Positions 12,347 through 22,343 of a stretch of DNA of 64,000 bases are shown here, piece by piece. The stretch covers positions 384,001 through 448,000 of the forward strand of contig CAVPCT010000005.1 in NCBI GenBank assembly GCA_963702475.1, read 5' to 3'. Position numbers and translations under genes: made by a program. Every line of letters starts with the position of its first letter. The first letter of the stretch is position 1. Under the pieces are notes generated by a model, which saw only the letters and a program-made list of their open reading frames with translations, was not told where the DNA came from and searched no databases. Origin of the DNA: an uncultured Thermoleophilia bacterium (GTDB taxonomy: Bacteria; Actinomycetota; Thermoleophilia; UBA2241).

Positions 12347-12997
12347 ATGAACGTCGACCTGCACACCCACACCTATCCGGCTTCCGACTGCTCGCACATC
12401 AGTTACCGCGACTACCTCGCCTGGTGCCGGCAGCATGCGGTCGAGGCCATCGCCCTCACCAACCACGGCGACGTGGACGACAATCGCAAGCTCGAGGGCG
12501 CCCTGGCGGCGGAGGGTGTGCTGCTGCTGCACGGCGTGGAGATCAGCACCATGTTCGGCGACTTCGTGGTGTTCTCCCCGGACCTCGACTATCTCTCCGG
12601 CTTCCGTGCCGTGCAGGAGTTCCTGCACCCCGACGAGGTGCCGGGCCACGCTGCCGTCGTCTGGGTGCACCCCGGCGCCGGCGGCGGACGCAGCGGCGCA
12701 GCGTACTACCCCGGGGTCGAACGCATGGTGGCGGGAGCGATCCATGCTGTGGAGGTGTACAACAGCAGCTGGCTGGGAGAGCGGTACGTGGCCGCCGCGG
12801 AGGACATCGCCGCCCACCTCGGCGTGAGCCGCACGGGCGGGAGCGACGCGCACCAGGTGGACGACCTCATGCGCTGCTACACCGAGCTCCCGGACCCGGT
12901 GCGCTCCACCGCCGACGTCGTGACCGCACTCAGGAGTCGCAGTACACGGCCGGTCCGGCCTGACGTCGAGAGACGGCGCCGCTTCGGCATCTTCTAG
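12347..12997 (+). CDS. PHP-domain phosphoesterase
   Basis: DLHTHT, TNH, GVEIST, HP, GGSDAH. Confidence 0.88.
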   Translation: MNVDLHTHTYPASDCSHISYRDYLAWCRQHAVEAIALTNHGDVDDNRKLEGALAAEGVLLLHGVEISTMFGDFVVFSPDLDYLSGFRAVQEFLHPDEVPGHAAVVWVHPGAGGGRSGAAYYPGVERMVAGAIHAVEVYNSSWLGERYVAAAEDIAAHLGVSRTGGSDAHQVDDLMRCYTELPDPVRSTADVVTALRSRSTRPVRPDVERRRRFGIF

Positions 12998-13003
12998 GAG
13001 GCG

Positions 13004-13405
13004 ATGGTGAACGGGTTCGACGTCAAGACCGGCCGAACAGTGGAGCTCGTGGATGTCACGGCGCAGGTGCAGAGCGCCGTCGCCGCTCACGGCGCGAGCG
13101 ACGGCGCCGTGCTCGTGTTCGTGCCGCACACCACGGCAGGCGTCACCATCAACGAGGACGCCGACCCGTCGGTGCGGGGCGATATCGCCATGGCGCTGGA
13201 GCGTCTCGTGCCCAGCGACCTGCCGTTCGCGCACGTCGAGGGCAACGCGGACGCGCACGTGAAGGCCAGCCTCATGGGCAGCAGCGTGCTCGTGCCGCTG
13301 GCCGGCGGCCACCTGCAGCTCGGCACGTGGCAGGGCATCTACTTCGCTGAGTTCGACGGCCCCCGGCGCCGGCACGTGCTCGTGAGCGTGCTGGCCGGCG
13401 CCTGA
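13004..13405 (+). CDS. YjbQ/UPF0047 family protein
   Basis: PHTTAGVTINE, NADAHVKA, LGTWQGIYFAEFDGPR. Confidence 0.92.
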   Translation: MVNGFDVKTGRTVELVDVTAQVQSAVAAHGASDGAVLVFVPHTTAGVTINEDADPSVRGDIAMALERLVPSDLPFAHVEGNADAHVKASLMGSSVLVPLAGGHLQLGTWQGIYFAEFDGPRRRHVLVSVLAGA

Positions 13406-13441
13406 AACGCCCCCGCGGGCGGACCGTCGCCGACTCGTCGG

Positions 13442-14944
13442 CTACCGCCCCAGCACCCGTTCGAAGAGGTGCTTGAGCGGGTCGGTGCACAGACGCCCAC
13501 CCCCGTGCTTGAGCAGCAGGCGTTCGGCCGGCCAGTGCTGTCCGTCGGACCACATCTGCGTGATCCACGCGGCGGCCTCCGGGCTGTGGAACCAGTCCAA
13601 GCCGTGCCTGTCCTGCAGCATCATGCGGAACGCGCCCTCGAGCATCCACGCGCGCAGGTACTCGGCGCAGTAGAAGGCGTCGTCCACGTCTACCAGGTAG
13701 TTCTCGGCCGGCACCTCGATCTTGGTCGCGCGGCTCAGCTTGCGGCTGTACACCTCGGCGAGGGCCGAGAGGTCGCCGTTCGCACGATGCAGTTCGGTCT
13801 CGTAGGAGAGCTTGGCCGCGTAGCGGCGCATGAAGTACAGGTCGTTCACGGCCGCGAACCGCCGGTACTCGTCGGACTCGGCGTAGTCGAGGTACTCCTC
13901 GAGCCACAGCTTGTTGACGATGAGGTGCTCCATCACGAAGGCGAACCCCTCCGTCACGGCGTTGTCGCCCAGGTGCCTGTACTCGAAGGGCAGATCGGAG
14001 GCCACGTGCGCGAAGTGCTCGGTGTGCCCCGCCTCGTGGAACAGGGCGCCGTAGTCGTCCTGTCCACCGTGGGGCAGGACGACGAGGTAGATCTCGCCCG
14101 GCACCCGGACGGGGGAACAGAACGCCCGCGGGGACTTGAGCGGCCTGACCTCCGTGTCGAGGTGCACGTTGGCCTGCGCGTCGAGGTCGATGCCCATGCC
14201 GGCGAGCGTGGCGCGCAGCGACGGGACCAGACGGTCACCGCTGAACGCATGGTCGAACCCCCGCGCCCGCCAAAGGTACGGGAGGTCCGAGAACTGCAAC
14301 TCCGCAAGCTTGACGCCCAGTCGCTCGCGAGTGAGCCGATCCATGGAGCGCTCGTACACTCCGTCGGTCTCGGTGAGGAACCCCTCCAGCTCCGCGCGCA
14401 GGTGCAGGTAGTCATGACCCTTGACCGTGGAGTAGAGCTCCATGTAGTCCGGGTAGCCCAGGCCGACGGCGAGCTCGTGCACCTCTGTCCACAGCCGGCG
14501 CAGCATGGGGTTGAGGACGCGGTCCGTAGCTTCGAGCCGCGCGTGCTGGATGCGCCGCCGCCGCGCCGCATCGGGCTCGTTGGCCTGCACCACGACGGCC
14601 TGACGCAGGCCGATGGTCTCGCCGTCGACCGCGATGGTGGCGGCGCCCTCGGTGTTGGCGATCTCGTCGCCCAGGTGTCTGGTCTCGCCGCCCAGATAGC
14701 CGTCGACGGCGAAGGTGACCAGGTACATGAGACGGCGCTTCTCCTCGAGGTCCGCCGTGGCCTCGTAGAGAGCGTCGAGCTCCAGCACGGATTCGCGCGT
14801 GAACAGCTCGGCGAAGCGGTCGTACACGACGGCGCTGTCGAGAGTCTCCTTGCGGCCGGAGAAATGCTCGTAGTGCTCGCGATCGAGAGCCTCGATGAAG
14901 GCCTCGGCGCGGCGGCGGTACTCGCTGAGGTCGATCGCGGTCAC
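13442..14944 (-). CDS. Gluzincin metallopeptidase (M3/M32-like), uncharacterised
   Basis: HEAGH zinc motif with downstream TEGFAF third-ligand Glu. Confidence 0.65.
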   Translation of the reverse strand: MTAIDLSEYRRRAEAFIEALDREHYEHFSGRKETLDSAVVYDRFAELFTRESVLELDALYEATADLEEKRRLMYLVTFAVDGYLGGETRHLGDEIANTEGAATIAVDGETIGLRQAVVVQANEPDAARRRRIQHARLEATDRVLNPMLRRLWTEVHELAVGLGYPDYMELYSTVKGHDYLHLRAELEGFLTETDGVYERSMDRLTRERLGVKLAELQFSDLPYLWRARGFDHAFSGDRLVPSLRATLAGMGIDLDAQANVHLDTEVRPLKSPRAFCSPVRVPGEIYLVVLPHGGQDDYGALFHEAGHTEHFAHVASDLPFEYRHLGDNAVTEGFAFVMEHLIVNKLWLEEYLDYAESDEYRRFAAVNDLYFMRRYAAKLSYETELHRANGDLSALAEVYSRKLSRATKIEVPAENYLVDVDDAFYCAEYLRAWMLEGAFRMMLQDRHGLDWFHSPEAAAWITQMWSDGQHWPAERLLLKHGGGRLCTDPLKHLFERVLGR

Positions 14945-15171
14945 TTGGTCCTCCTTGCTGACCGGCGTGTATGCGCGGCCAGCGGCTGCCCCGCGGCCGA
15001 CCCGACTCTACCAGTCGCGCCGCCGCTTCTGTACCGGGTGCAGGGGTCCGAGTGGTGGACAATCGCGACGAGACGGCCGGACCGCACCGGCGGCGACCGG
15101 CGCCTCGCTGCCGGCATGAGCCTCGCCCCACGGCTCGCGGCCCGGCGGGTCAGCCGCTACACTGGTCAGCC

Positions 15172-16572
15172 ATGCCACCACGCCCCGGAGAGACCGTCGA
15201 CCTCGACGTCACCGCGCTCGCCTACGGCGGGCAGGGCGTCGCGCGCCTCGACGATTTCGTCGTGTTCGTGCGCGGCGCCGTTCCCGGCGACTCCGTGCGC
15301 GCCCGCGTGACGAAGCGCAAGAGGAACCACGCCGAGGCGCGGGTCCTCGAGATCCTCACGCCGTCCCCGCGCCGGGTAGCGGCGACGTGCGGGCACGCCG
15401 ACGAGTGCGGCGGCTGCGAGTGGCAGACGCTGGCCTACGACGCCCAGCTCGAGCTCAAACAGGAGCAGGTGGTGGAGTCGCTCCGCAGGCTCGGGCACCT
15501 GGAGGGGTACGAGCTCGAGCCCATCCGCGGCATGGCCCGCCCCTGGCGCTACCGCAACAAGATGGAGCTCTCCTTTGGCGAAGACGACGACGGCCGCCTG
15601 CTGCTCGGCCTGCACCGGCGAGGCTCCTGGCGGGAGATCGTGGAGACGACCGCCTGCCACCTCGCCTCAGAGCGCATGGAGAACGCCCGTCAGGCCGTCG
15701 CCGACGCGTGCAGGGAGCTCGGTCTGCAGGCCTACTCCCGCGAGGGGCACTCCGGCCTGCTGCGCCACCTGCAGGTGCGTGAGGGCAGCGCCTCCGGTGA
15801 CCTCCTGCTCAACCTCTTCGTGTCGCGGCGCTTCGCCGAGGAGGCGGCGCTGGCGGAGCGTGTCGCCGCTGCCTGCGGCTGCACGTCGTTCGGAGTGACC
15901 GTCAACGCCACACCGGCCGACGCCGCCGTCGGCGACGGGCCGCACATGCTGCTCGGCCCGCCGTACTTCAGGGAACAGCTGGCCGGCGTGGACCTGCGGG
16001 TGCCGGCCGGCGCCTTTCTGCAGACCAACAGCGAGATGTGCGCGGTGCTGTACGCGGTCGCGCTGCGCTTCGCGCGGCCCGACCCGGCGCGGCCCGCCGT
16101 GGATCTGTACTGCGGCATCGGCTCCCTGAGCCTGCCGCTGGCTCGGCAGGCCGCCTTCGTGCACGCCGTGGAGATCCAGGAGGAGGCGATCGCCGCGGCC
16201 GGCGAGAACGCCGTGCTCAACGGGATCAGCAACGTGACCTTCCACGCCCGCGACGTGCGCCCGCTGCTCAAGGCGCCTCCCCACCCCACCCTGGACGCGG
16301 CGCGCGCCGACGACGCCGACCGTCCCGCCGTGGTCGTCGCCGACCCGCCGCGCGCCGGCCTGGCCCGCAAGGCCCTGCAGCGCGCGGCAGCCCTCGGCGC
16401 CGAGCGCCTCGTCTACGTGTCGTGCAATCCGACGACGCTGGCCGGCAACGGCGCCGAGCTCGCCGAGCTCGGCTACCGGCTCACGCGCGTGGCGCCGGTC
16501 GACATGTTCCCGCAGACGCACCACATCGAGACGGTCGCGTTGTTCGAACGAGAAGGCGCCGGACTCGTCTGA
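15172..16572 (+). CDS. rlmD: 23S rRNA (uracil-C5)-methyltransferase RlmD
   Basis: TRAM domain, CGGC cluster, FLQTN, DLYCGIG, DPPRAG, YVSCNP, DMFPQTHHIE; likely leaderless (TACACT at 15158). Confidence 0.9.
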   Translation: MPPRPGETVDLDVTALAYGGQGVARLDDFVVFVRGAVPGDSVRARVTKRKRNHAEARVLEILTPSPRRVAATCGHADECGGCEWQTLAYDAQLELKQEQVVESLRRLGHLEGYELEPIRGMARPWRYRNKMELSFGEDDDGRLLLGLHRRGSWREIVETTACHLASERMENARQAVADACRELGLQAYSREGHSGLLRHLQVREGSASGDLLLNLFVSRRFAEEAALAERVAAACGCTSFGVTVNATPADAAVGDGPHMLLGPPYFREQLAGVDLRVPAGAFLQTNSEMCAVLYAVALRFARPDPARPAVDLYCGIGSLSLPLARQAAFVHAVEIQEEAIAAAGENAVLNGISNVTFHARDVRPLLKAPPHPTLDAARADDADRPAVVVADPPRAGLARKALQRAAALGAERLVYVSCNPTTLAGNGAELAELGYRLTRVAPVDMFPQTHHIETVALFEREGAGLV

Positions 16573-16673
16573 CCGGAGGACGGCGGCGAGCCATGAGGGC
16601 GCACCGGCTGTCGCCGCGGCCGCCCCGGCGCGGCGGCCGCCCACTCTCGCCGGCGTCCGCGCGCGGGCGCCCC

Positions 16674-17477
16674 TCACACCGGACCGGCCGAGGGCCTCCT
16701 GAGCTTCTTCACGAACAGGTCGGCGTTCACCGCGAGGAACGCGACGGACAGCAGCGGCAGAGCCGGCAACGCCGTCCACCACATGGCCATGGCGATGGTG
16801 GCGAGGAACGACGCCGACATCGCCACAGCGCTCCAGCCGGTCCGCAGCCCGAAGCGACTGGCCGTGCCCAGGTACAGCGCGAGGAAGATGACGTCGCTGA
16901 TGCCCAGGCCCGTGAAGGCCTCCGTGTAGCTGTAGCCGGCCCAGGTGATGGCCACCGTGAAGTAGCCGACCACCACGGGGCCCTGGCCGATGATCGCCCT
17001 GGTCGGCCCGGCCGCCACGCTGACGATGTCGACGGCGGCCGACACGCCGGCGACCACGAGGATCCAGCTGAGGCGCTCGAGCTCGTCGGAGATCCAGATG
17101 CCGAGCGCGGCGGCCGCGACCACCTTGGCGACGTTGGCGAACGGCACCCACCCGAGCCACACGAAGAGCGCGGCGAGCGGCAGCGCGACCAGAGCCAGCA
17201 GCGGCAGGCGGCGACCAAGACGCCGCAGGGGCAGCAGGCCCCACACAAGGACGGCCATCACCGCGAGGACCAGCGCGGACGACAGCATGATGTCCAGCCG
17301 CACGGGCAGCGCCGGGAGCAGTGAGCTGAACGCCCCCCAGAGGACGAGGACGGCGGCCGCGGCCAAGGCAGGCGCCAAGGCGACGGACAGCGGTGTGTCG
17401 CCTCCGGCGGGGGCGGACGACTCGTCGGAGGCCGGGAGCGGCTGGGGTCCCGAAGGCGCGCCGGACGACCGGCTCAC
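16674..17477 (-). CDS. Polytopic membrane protein with presenilin/SPP (A22)-like motifs
   Basis: VDIVSVAAGP, GLGISDVIF, ALPALP in presenilin order; start codon uncertain. Confidence 0.6.
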   Translation of the reverse strand: MSRSSGAPSGPQPLPASDESSAPAGGDTPLSVALAPALAAAAVLVLWGAFSSLLPALPVRLDIMLSSALVLAVMAVLVWGLLPLRRLGRRLPLLALVALPLAALFVWLGWVPFANVAKVVAAAALGIWISDELERLSWILVVAGVSAAVDIVSVAAGPTRAIIGQGPVVVGYFTVAITWAGYSYTEAFTGLGISDVIFLALYLGTASRFGLRTGWSAVAMSASFLATIAMAMWWTALPALPLLSVAFLAVNADLFVKKLRRPSAGPV

Positions 17478-17541
17478 CGGCGCGCCCAACTCACTATGGG
17501 GTGCCTCAGCGGTGCACCCCGCGTCGACCAGACAACGTCGG

Positions 17542-18141
17542 TCAGTATGGCGGGATGTTGTCGTACCACTCGCCGAGACGACGGAAGGCGCGCCAGAACT
17601 CGGCCTTGAGCCGCTGCTCGTCGAGCGACGCGTCGATGTCCGGCGTGACGAGCACCTCGGTGCCCGGGGTGAACTCCACGATCTCGCCGGGCCGGTACTC
17701 GAGGGGCCGGGAGAGCGGGACCTCGGCCGTGTTGAGCGCCGCCACCGTCTCCTCACCCATCGCCACGATGAGCTTGGGGCCCACGATCGCGAGCTCGCGA
17801 CGCAGGTGATCGAGGCACTTCGCCTCCGGAGCGCCACGGACGTCGCCGCACTTGACCACGTTGGTGCCGTACAGCTGGAGCGGGTCGATCTTGAGCCGCT
17901 GACAGCTCTTCATGAGGGCGGTGCCGGCGCGGCCGAAGAACGCGACTCCTTCGTGCAGCTCCGAGGGCCGCGCCTGGTACTTCAGCATGAAGATGTCGGC
18001 CATCGGGTGGCCCGAGCCGATGACGGGCATGGTGCGGGCGTGACTGCAACGGGAGCACCTGAGGATCTCGCCGGTGAGCTCGTTGATCTCCGAGATCGCC
18101 CGGGTCAGGTACTTGTCGTAGATCTCGTTGGGTTGCGCCAC
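17542..18141 (-). CDS. Uracil-DNA glycosylase family 4-like protein with divergent active site
   Basis: CxxC plus NVVKC and KC Fe-S-type Cys, FFGRAG; lacks GEAPG and HP motifs. Confidence 0.7.
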   Translation of the reverse strand: MAQPNEIYDKYLTRAISEINELTGEILRCSRCSHARTMPVIGSGHPMADIFMLKYQARPSELHEGVAFFGRAGTALMKSCQRLKIDPLQLYGTNVVKCGDVRGAPEAKCLDHLRRELAIVGPKLIVAMGEETVAALNTAEVPLSRPLEYRPGEIVEFTPGTEVLVTPDIDASLDEQRLKAEFWRAFRRLGEWYDNIPPY

Positions 18142-18245
18142 GCGGGTTACCTCGATCCCTCGACTCCGCTAGCTAGGTTCGCGCCGCCACCGGGAACTCC
18201 TCGCAGGCGCACGCCGAATACGCGAGGACCAGGATTATACGCGCG

Positions 18246-20162
18246 CTATGCAGGGGATTCATCCTGCCCGGCGGCCTTGCCCGAGCCGCTCATGGTCGTC
18301 TGGATGAACTTGAGCGACTGGAGGTAGATGCGGCTGCGCGGGCGGCGCACGATGCGGCTCTCGGCGAGGGCCGCGACGAAGTCCCCCGGCCCGGTGAAGT
18401 CGTCGATGCCGCACATGGCGGTGCCGATGCCCGGCAGCACATGGGAATCACTGCCGGCGGCGGCAGGGATGCGGTAGCGCTGCGCGAACTGCTCCGCGAG
18501 CTCGTTGAACCCGGGAAACGCGAGGCGCGAGTTGAAGACCTCAAGCACGTCTATGTCGGCCACGTTGGCGCGGAGCACCCGCGGGGCCGGGATGGTGTGC
18601 AGGCGGTCGAACGGGTGGGGCACGTAGACGATACCGCCCTGCTCCTTGATGGCCGCGACCGTCTCAGCGAAGGTGAGCCCGCCGGGGATCGTGCGCTCGA
18701 GGAACAGGCCGATGACCTCTCCCTCGCTGGACTTGACCTCCTCCCCGACGATCACGCGCACGCCGTAGCGGTCGGCGATGCCGCGCGCCTCGAGGCCTCC
18801 CGCGGCGCTGTCGTGGTCGGTGATCGCGATGACGTCCAGCCCGACCTCGCGGGCGCGTTCCAGGATGGCGGGCACGGGCATCACGCAGTCCTTGCTGTGG
18901 TGTGAGTGCACATGGAAGTCGGCGAACAGCTCTCGCTGCTGGCGGCGGCGGCGCGGCAGCGGCTGACGCCGCCGCCCGGCCACCTCGTCGTACACGTCCT
19001 CGATCTCCGCGCCGATGCGCTCCCAGTCGTAGCGGCGCACGTCGAGAGACGCCTGCCCCGCGAGCCTCGCGCGGAGCGCCGCGTCGTCCAGCAGCAGCCG
19101 CAGGGCCGCGGCCAGCTGGCGCGGACGCCGCGGCGGCACCATGAGGCCGTTCGCGTCGTGGCGGACGACCTCGTCGTAGCCGGGCAGACGCGAGGCGACC
19201 ACCACGGCTCCGCCGGCCATGGCCTCGAGCAGGCAGACGGCGGCCGTCTCCGGCCCCAGCGACGGCGCGCAGAACACGTCGGCGCGCCGGTACACGGCCG
19301 GCATGTCGCTCTGCGGCACTCGCCCCAGGAACGTGACTCTGCCGGAGAAGGCAGGCGGCACCACACGGGCGTAGCGACGCTCCTGGCGGTCGCCGCCGCA
19401 CACCTTCAGCGTGAGGTCGGAGGCGCGGTCCTCCAGGAGCCGCAGCGCGCGCAGCAGCACGCCGAGGCCCTTGCGGCGCGTGTCCGCGCCGGTGAACAGC
19501 AGCCGCAACGGCCGGCGCGCCGCTTCGCCGGCGCCGGCCGGCGCGTGCCGCCCGGCGAAGCGTTGCAGGTCCACGCCGGGGGGGATCACCCGGTAGGCAC
19601 CGGGAAAGGCCAGCGATGCCGCGTCGCGCGTGGCCGCCGACGAGGCGATGGCCGCGTCCAGAGAGTCGAACAGCCGGCGCAGCCTGGGTTTCGTCGCGAG
19701 GAACGGCGCCGTGCGCTCGGGGTTGGCGTGGAAGGTGGCCACGAGCGGGCAGTTCGCATGGCGGAGCGCGGTCCAGCCCAGTCCGGGGACGAAGGGTTCG
19801 TGCAGGTGCAGGAGGTCGAGGTCCTCGGCCTCGAGCAGCACGTCGATGTTGGCCATGAGGTCGGCAGGCGCGGCGATGAGCTTCAGCGAAGAACGGTCCT
19901 CCTTGACGGCGTAGGTCGCGCCCGCGAAGAAGTAGCGCGGGTACGGCTCGCCGGGCAGAAAGGCGGTCTCGCGCTCGCCGGTCAGCACCGCCTGTACGCG
20001 GCGTCGCGCCTCCCCTACGGCCTGCCGGTCGGCGCTCGGAGCGATGACGGTGACGCGGTGGCCGCTGGCGGTGAGCCGTTCCACGAGGGCCTCCACCTGG
20101 CGGTTCACGCCCGACGGGTCGGTCCACAGGAACGGCGTGAGGATGCCGAGCTTGAGCGTCAT
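18246..20162 (-). CDS. GT4 (PimA-like) glycosyltransferase fused to C-terminal PHP domain
   Basis: HLHEP, RRKG, E-x7-E (ETAAVCLLE); then DFHVHSHHS, TDHD, GEE, HPF, GSDSH. Confidence 0.85.
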   Translation of the reverse strand: MTLKLGILTPFLWTDPSGVNRQVEALVERLTASGHRVTVIAPSADRQAVGEARRRVQAVLTGERETAFLPGEPYPRYFFAGATYAVKEDRSSLKLIAAPADLMANIDVLLEAEDLDLLHLHEPFVPGLGWTALRHANCPLVATFHANPERTAPFLATKPRLRRLFDSLDAAIASSAATRDAASLAFPGAYRVIPPGVDLQRFAGRHAPAGAGEAARRPLRLLFTGADTRRKGLGVLLRALRLLEDRASDLTLKVCGGDRQERRYARVVPPAFSGRVTFLGRVPQSDMPAVYRRADVFCAPSLGPETAAVCLLEAMAGGAVVVASRLPGYDEVVRHDANGLMVPPRRPRQLAAALRLLLDDAALRARLAGQASLDVRRYDWERIGAEIEDVYDEVAGRRRQPLPRRRRQQRELFADFHVHSHHSKDCVMPVPAILERAREVGLDVIAITDHDSAAGGLEARGIADRYGVRVIVGEEVKSSEGEVIGLFLERTIPGGLTFAETVAAIKEQGGIVYVPHPFDRLHTIPAPRVLRANVADIDVLEVFNSRLAFPGFNELAEQFAQRYRIPAAAGSDSHVLPGIGTAMCGIDDFTGPGDFVAALAESRIVRRPRSRIYLQSLKFIQTTMSGSGKAAGQDESPA

Positions 20163-20273
20163 GGCGCCACTCTACCGCACCACCTCAGCGAGCGCCCTGC
20201 GGCGCCCGAAGGCCGGTCGGGCGTCGGTGCCTGAGGCGCGGCAACTGACCGGCGCCATTCGGTCCTGGGCATC

Positions 20274-20309
20274 AGAAAGGGGGCCGGGGCCTCACGACCC
20301 CGGCCCCCT
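20274..20309 (-). terminator. Intrinsic terminator downstream of ino1
   Basis: AGGGGGCCGGGG/CCCCGGCCCCCT hairpin followed by TTCT on the minus strand. Confidence 0.7.
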
Positions 20310-20444
20310 CGGAAAGCGTGTCCCAACGAAGGCTATCCCTTACGACGCACCCTTCGTCGATCCCGCTGCGTAGGTCAGTGAGCGGTGTGCCTGCGGCGCC
20401 CCGCTCGTTGACTTGCCTGCGGCGCCTGACGGCGCCTGCGGCGG

Positions 20445-21596
20445 TCAATCCTTTGCGGTTGCTTTCGCTTTGGGCTTGACGCCCGGCATGCCCTCGCCCT
20501 GGCACACGGCATTGGCGCCGTAGCCCTCGCCGGCGATGAACTCCTCCGTCATGCGCCGGCACTGGTCGTCCGGATGCTGCACCGGCGGGGACTTCATGAA
20601 GTAGCTGCTGGGGGCCTCCAGGGAACCGGCCAGGCCCCTGTCGAGCCCGATCTTGGCGCAGCGCACCGCGTCGATGACGATGCCGGCGCTGTTGGGCGAG
20701 TCGACGACCTCGAGCTTGAGCTCGATGTTGAGCGGTACGTCGCCGAAGGTGCGGCCCTCCATGCGGATGTACGCCCACTTGCGGTCGTCGAGCCACTCCA
20801 CGTAGTCACTGGGGCCGATGTGCACGTTCTTGGCGCCCATGTCGTAGTCCAGCTGACTGGTGACGGCGTTGGTCTTGCTGACCTTCTTGCTCTCCAGGCG
20901 CTCGCGCTCGAGCATGTTGAGGAAGTCGGTGTTGCCGCCCACGTTGAGCTGGCTGGTGCGCTCGAGCCGCACGCCCCGTTCGCGCATGAGGCGGGTGAGC
21001 ACGCGATGAACGATGGTGGCGCCCACCTGGCTCTTGATGTCGTCGCCGATGATGGGCACGCCGGCCTCGACGAAGCGCTTCTGCCAGTAGGGCTCACGGG
21101 CGATGAACACAGGGATGCAGTTCACCATGGCGCACCCGGCCGTGAGGATCTGCTCGGTGTACCACTTGGTGGCCTCTTCGCTACCCACCGGCAGGTAGTT
21201 GATGACCACGTCGGTCTGCGTCTCCTTGAGGATCCCGACGATATCGGCCGTCGGGCCCGGCGCCTTCTCGATGATCTGCGAGAGGTACTTGCCGAGCCCG
21301 TCGTGGGTCATGCCGCGCACGACCTTGACGCCCTTCTCGGGGACCTCGGCGAACTTGATGGTGTTGTTGGGCCTGGTGAAGACGGCCTCGCTGAGGTCCT
21401 TACCCACCTTGTTCTTGTCGATGTCGATGGCAGCCACGAACTCGATGTCGCGGATGTGATAGCCACCGACGACGGGGTGCATGAGACCGGGGACGAAGTC
21501 GGTCTTCTTGGCGTTCTTGTAGAACTCCACGCCTTGGACGAGCGACGAGGCGCAGTTGCCCACACCGATGATCGCGACGCGTACCGGGTTACCCAA
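20445..21596 (-). CDS. ino1: Inositol-3-phosphate synthase
   Basis: [38 protein letters not shown]. Confidence 0.96.
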   Translation of the reverse strand: MGNPVRVAIIGVGNCASSLVQGVEFYKNAKKTDFVPGLMHPVVGGYHIRDIEFVAAIDIDKNKVGKDLSEAVFTRPNNTIKFAEVPEKGVKVVRGMTHDGLGKYLSQIIEKAPGPTADIVGILKETQTDVVINYLPVGSEEATKWYTEQILTAGCAMVNCIPVFIAREPYWQKRFVEAGVPIIGDDIKSQVGATIVHRVLTRLMRERGVRLERTSQLNVGGNTDFLNMLERERLESKKVSKTNAVTSQLDYDMGAKNVHIGPSDYVEWLDDRKWAYIRMEGRTFGDVPLNIELKLEVVDSPNSAGIVIDAVRCAKIGLDRGLAGSLEAPSSYFMKSPPVQHPDDQCRRMTEEFIAGEGYGANAVCQGEGMPGVKPKAKATAKD

Positions 21597-21721
21597 GATC
21601 GGTTACCTCCACTGGCTGCGGCCGCTGGCGCGGCCGCACGAGTCAGAACCGACTGAGGGACGCACGGAAGCGCCGCGCCGGTTCGCGATGACCGCGGGAG
21701 TATATCACGGTGCTGCGACCG

Positions 21722-22342
21722 TCAGGCCGCGTCGGCACGCCGCAGCTTGCGCATGACGTGGAGCATGCGCTGGACCACGGTGAGCGACGTGAGCACAGCG
21801 AGGATCCACAGCACGTAGACCAGCACGCTCTGGTCGCCCAGATGCCAGCCGGAGAGCAGAAAGCCCAGGCCGAGGACGACGAGGCGCTCCGGCCGCGACA
21901 TCAGGCCCACCTTGCACTCCACCCCGAGGGCCTCGGCCCGGGCCCGCGTGTACGAGACCATCTGCGAGGCCCCCATGAAGAAGAGTGCGGCCGCCGCCGT
22001 CCACCACATGTCCTGACCGGCGAAGTAGACGGTCAGCGCGCCGGCCACCAGGAGCTCGGAGACGCGGTCGGTGGTGGAGTCGAGGAAGGCGCCGGCCTTG
22101 GTCGGCCCCGCTCCGGCACGCGCGACCGCGCCGTCGAGGGCGTCGCAGATCGCGGCCAGCACCCCGAGAGGCACGGCCCAGACGAAGTGACCGGTGAGGA
22201 CCAGCGGCACCACGCCGACCTGCAGAAGCAGCCCGAAATAGGTGAGCATGTCGGCGGTGATGCCGGCGTGGGCGAGCACGACACCGACCTTGAAGAAGCC
22301 GCGCCGCCCGGCGTCGGTGTAGCGGGTCTTGAGGTTCGCCAC
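21722..22342 (-). CDS. CDP-alcohol phosphatidyltransferase (phosphatidylinositol-phosphate synthase-like)
   Basis: DALDGAVAR...GAFLDSTTDR motif, SYTRARAE, RPER; adjacent to ino1. Confidence 0.88.
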   Translation of the reverse strand: MANLKTRYTDAGRRGFFKVGVVLAHAGITADMLTYFGLLLQVGVVPLVLTGHFVWAVPLGVLAAICDALDGAVARAGAGPTKAGAFLDSTTDRVSELLVAGALTVYFAGQDMWWTAAAALFFMGASQMVSYTRARAEALGVECKVGLMSRPERLVVLGLGFLLSGWHLGDQSVLVYVLWILAVLTSLTVVQRMLHVMRKLRRADAA

Positions 22343-22343
22343 G

